Assembly: GCA_963823555.1 (NCBI GenBank)
Contig: CAWGMA010000002.1
Location: forward strand, 224,001-288,000
Direction of reading: 5' to 3'
DNA from: Candidatus Eiseniibacteriota bacterium
GTDB lineage: Bacteria; Eisenbacteria; RBG-16-71-46; CAVPCR01
Length of the DNA stretch: 64,000 nt
Shown here: positions 63,688-64,000 of the stretch, piece by piece
How the letters are laid out: each line of letters opens with the position of its first letter
How positions within the stretch are numbered: the first letter of the stretch is position 1
The notes under the pieces: generated by a model
Told to the model about the DNA's origin: nothing
Databases searched by the model: none
Seen by the model: only the letters and a program-made list of their open reading frames with translations
Translations under genes and position numbers: made by a program

Positions 63688-64000
63688 CTAGCGCTTCTCG
63701 TTGCCCGCCGCCCGGAAGCGGGCGAGCTGTTCCTGCAAGTAGGTCGACTCGGGATCGAGCGCGAGGGCGCTCGCGGCGGTGGCGATCGCCTGGTCCACCT
63801 CGCCGCGGCGAAAGTGCACCTCGGCGAGCGTGTCGAGGATCTCGGCGCTCCCGGGCTCGATCTCGGCGGCGAGCTCGGCGGCGGTGAGCGCATCGTCCAG
63901 GTGCATGCCTGCGAGCGCGGTGAACCAGGCCAGTCCGTTCAGGAGACTGGCATCTCGCGTGCCCTGGGCGAGAACCCGCGCCAGCGTCTGCCCGACGAGG
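63688..64000 (-). CDS. TPR-containing protein, C-terminal part (runs off the window end)
   Basis: LNGLAWF...ILDTLAEVHF...A TPR pattern. Confidence 0.75.
   Translation of the reverse strand, partial: LVGQTLARVLAQGTRDASLLNGLAWFTALAGMHLDDALTAAELAAEIEPGSAEILDTLAEVHFRRGEVDQAIATAASALALDPESTYLQEQLARFRAAGNEKR

Overview
GC-rich bacterial window, probably from an FCB-related lineage such as Candidatus Eisenbacteria. That placement is an inference from FlgD-Ig C-terminal domains and a DUF4159/DUF4175/TPR cluster. It holds about 55 mostly housekeeping or envelope genes, including pyrE, acpS, nnr, rsgA, miaE, acs, an M16 peptidase pair, an M1 aminopeptidase, MscS and ArnT/DUF2723 glycosyltransferases. 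I recognised no rRNA, tRNA or CRISPR array. Main points of interest: (1) a compact operon encoding a Cys-motif flavoprotein, a stand-alone cNMP-binding protein, an FHA-class III cyclase with non-adenylyl specificity residues and a class II phosphodiesterase, which looks like a complete cyclic-nucleotide writer/reader/eraser module (21925-25431); (2) a BCP/PrxQ peroxiredoxin whose peroxidatic Cys codon is an in-frame UGA followed by a SECIS-like hairpin, a probable selenoprotein that the ORF track splits in two (36339-36812); (3) a 14-bp near-palindrome shared between an intergenic cluster at about 1 kb and a DUF222-like HNH nuclease gene at 45 kb; (4) a Rad50/SMC-like ATPase with a transmembrane hairpin and no nuclease partner; (5) a class II aldolase homologue that has lost its Zn ligands; (6) a frameshifted membrane spermidine-synthase-like gene; and (7) a type IV pilin with a sigma54-type promoter. 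All family assignments come from motif recognition, not database searches.
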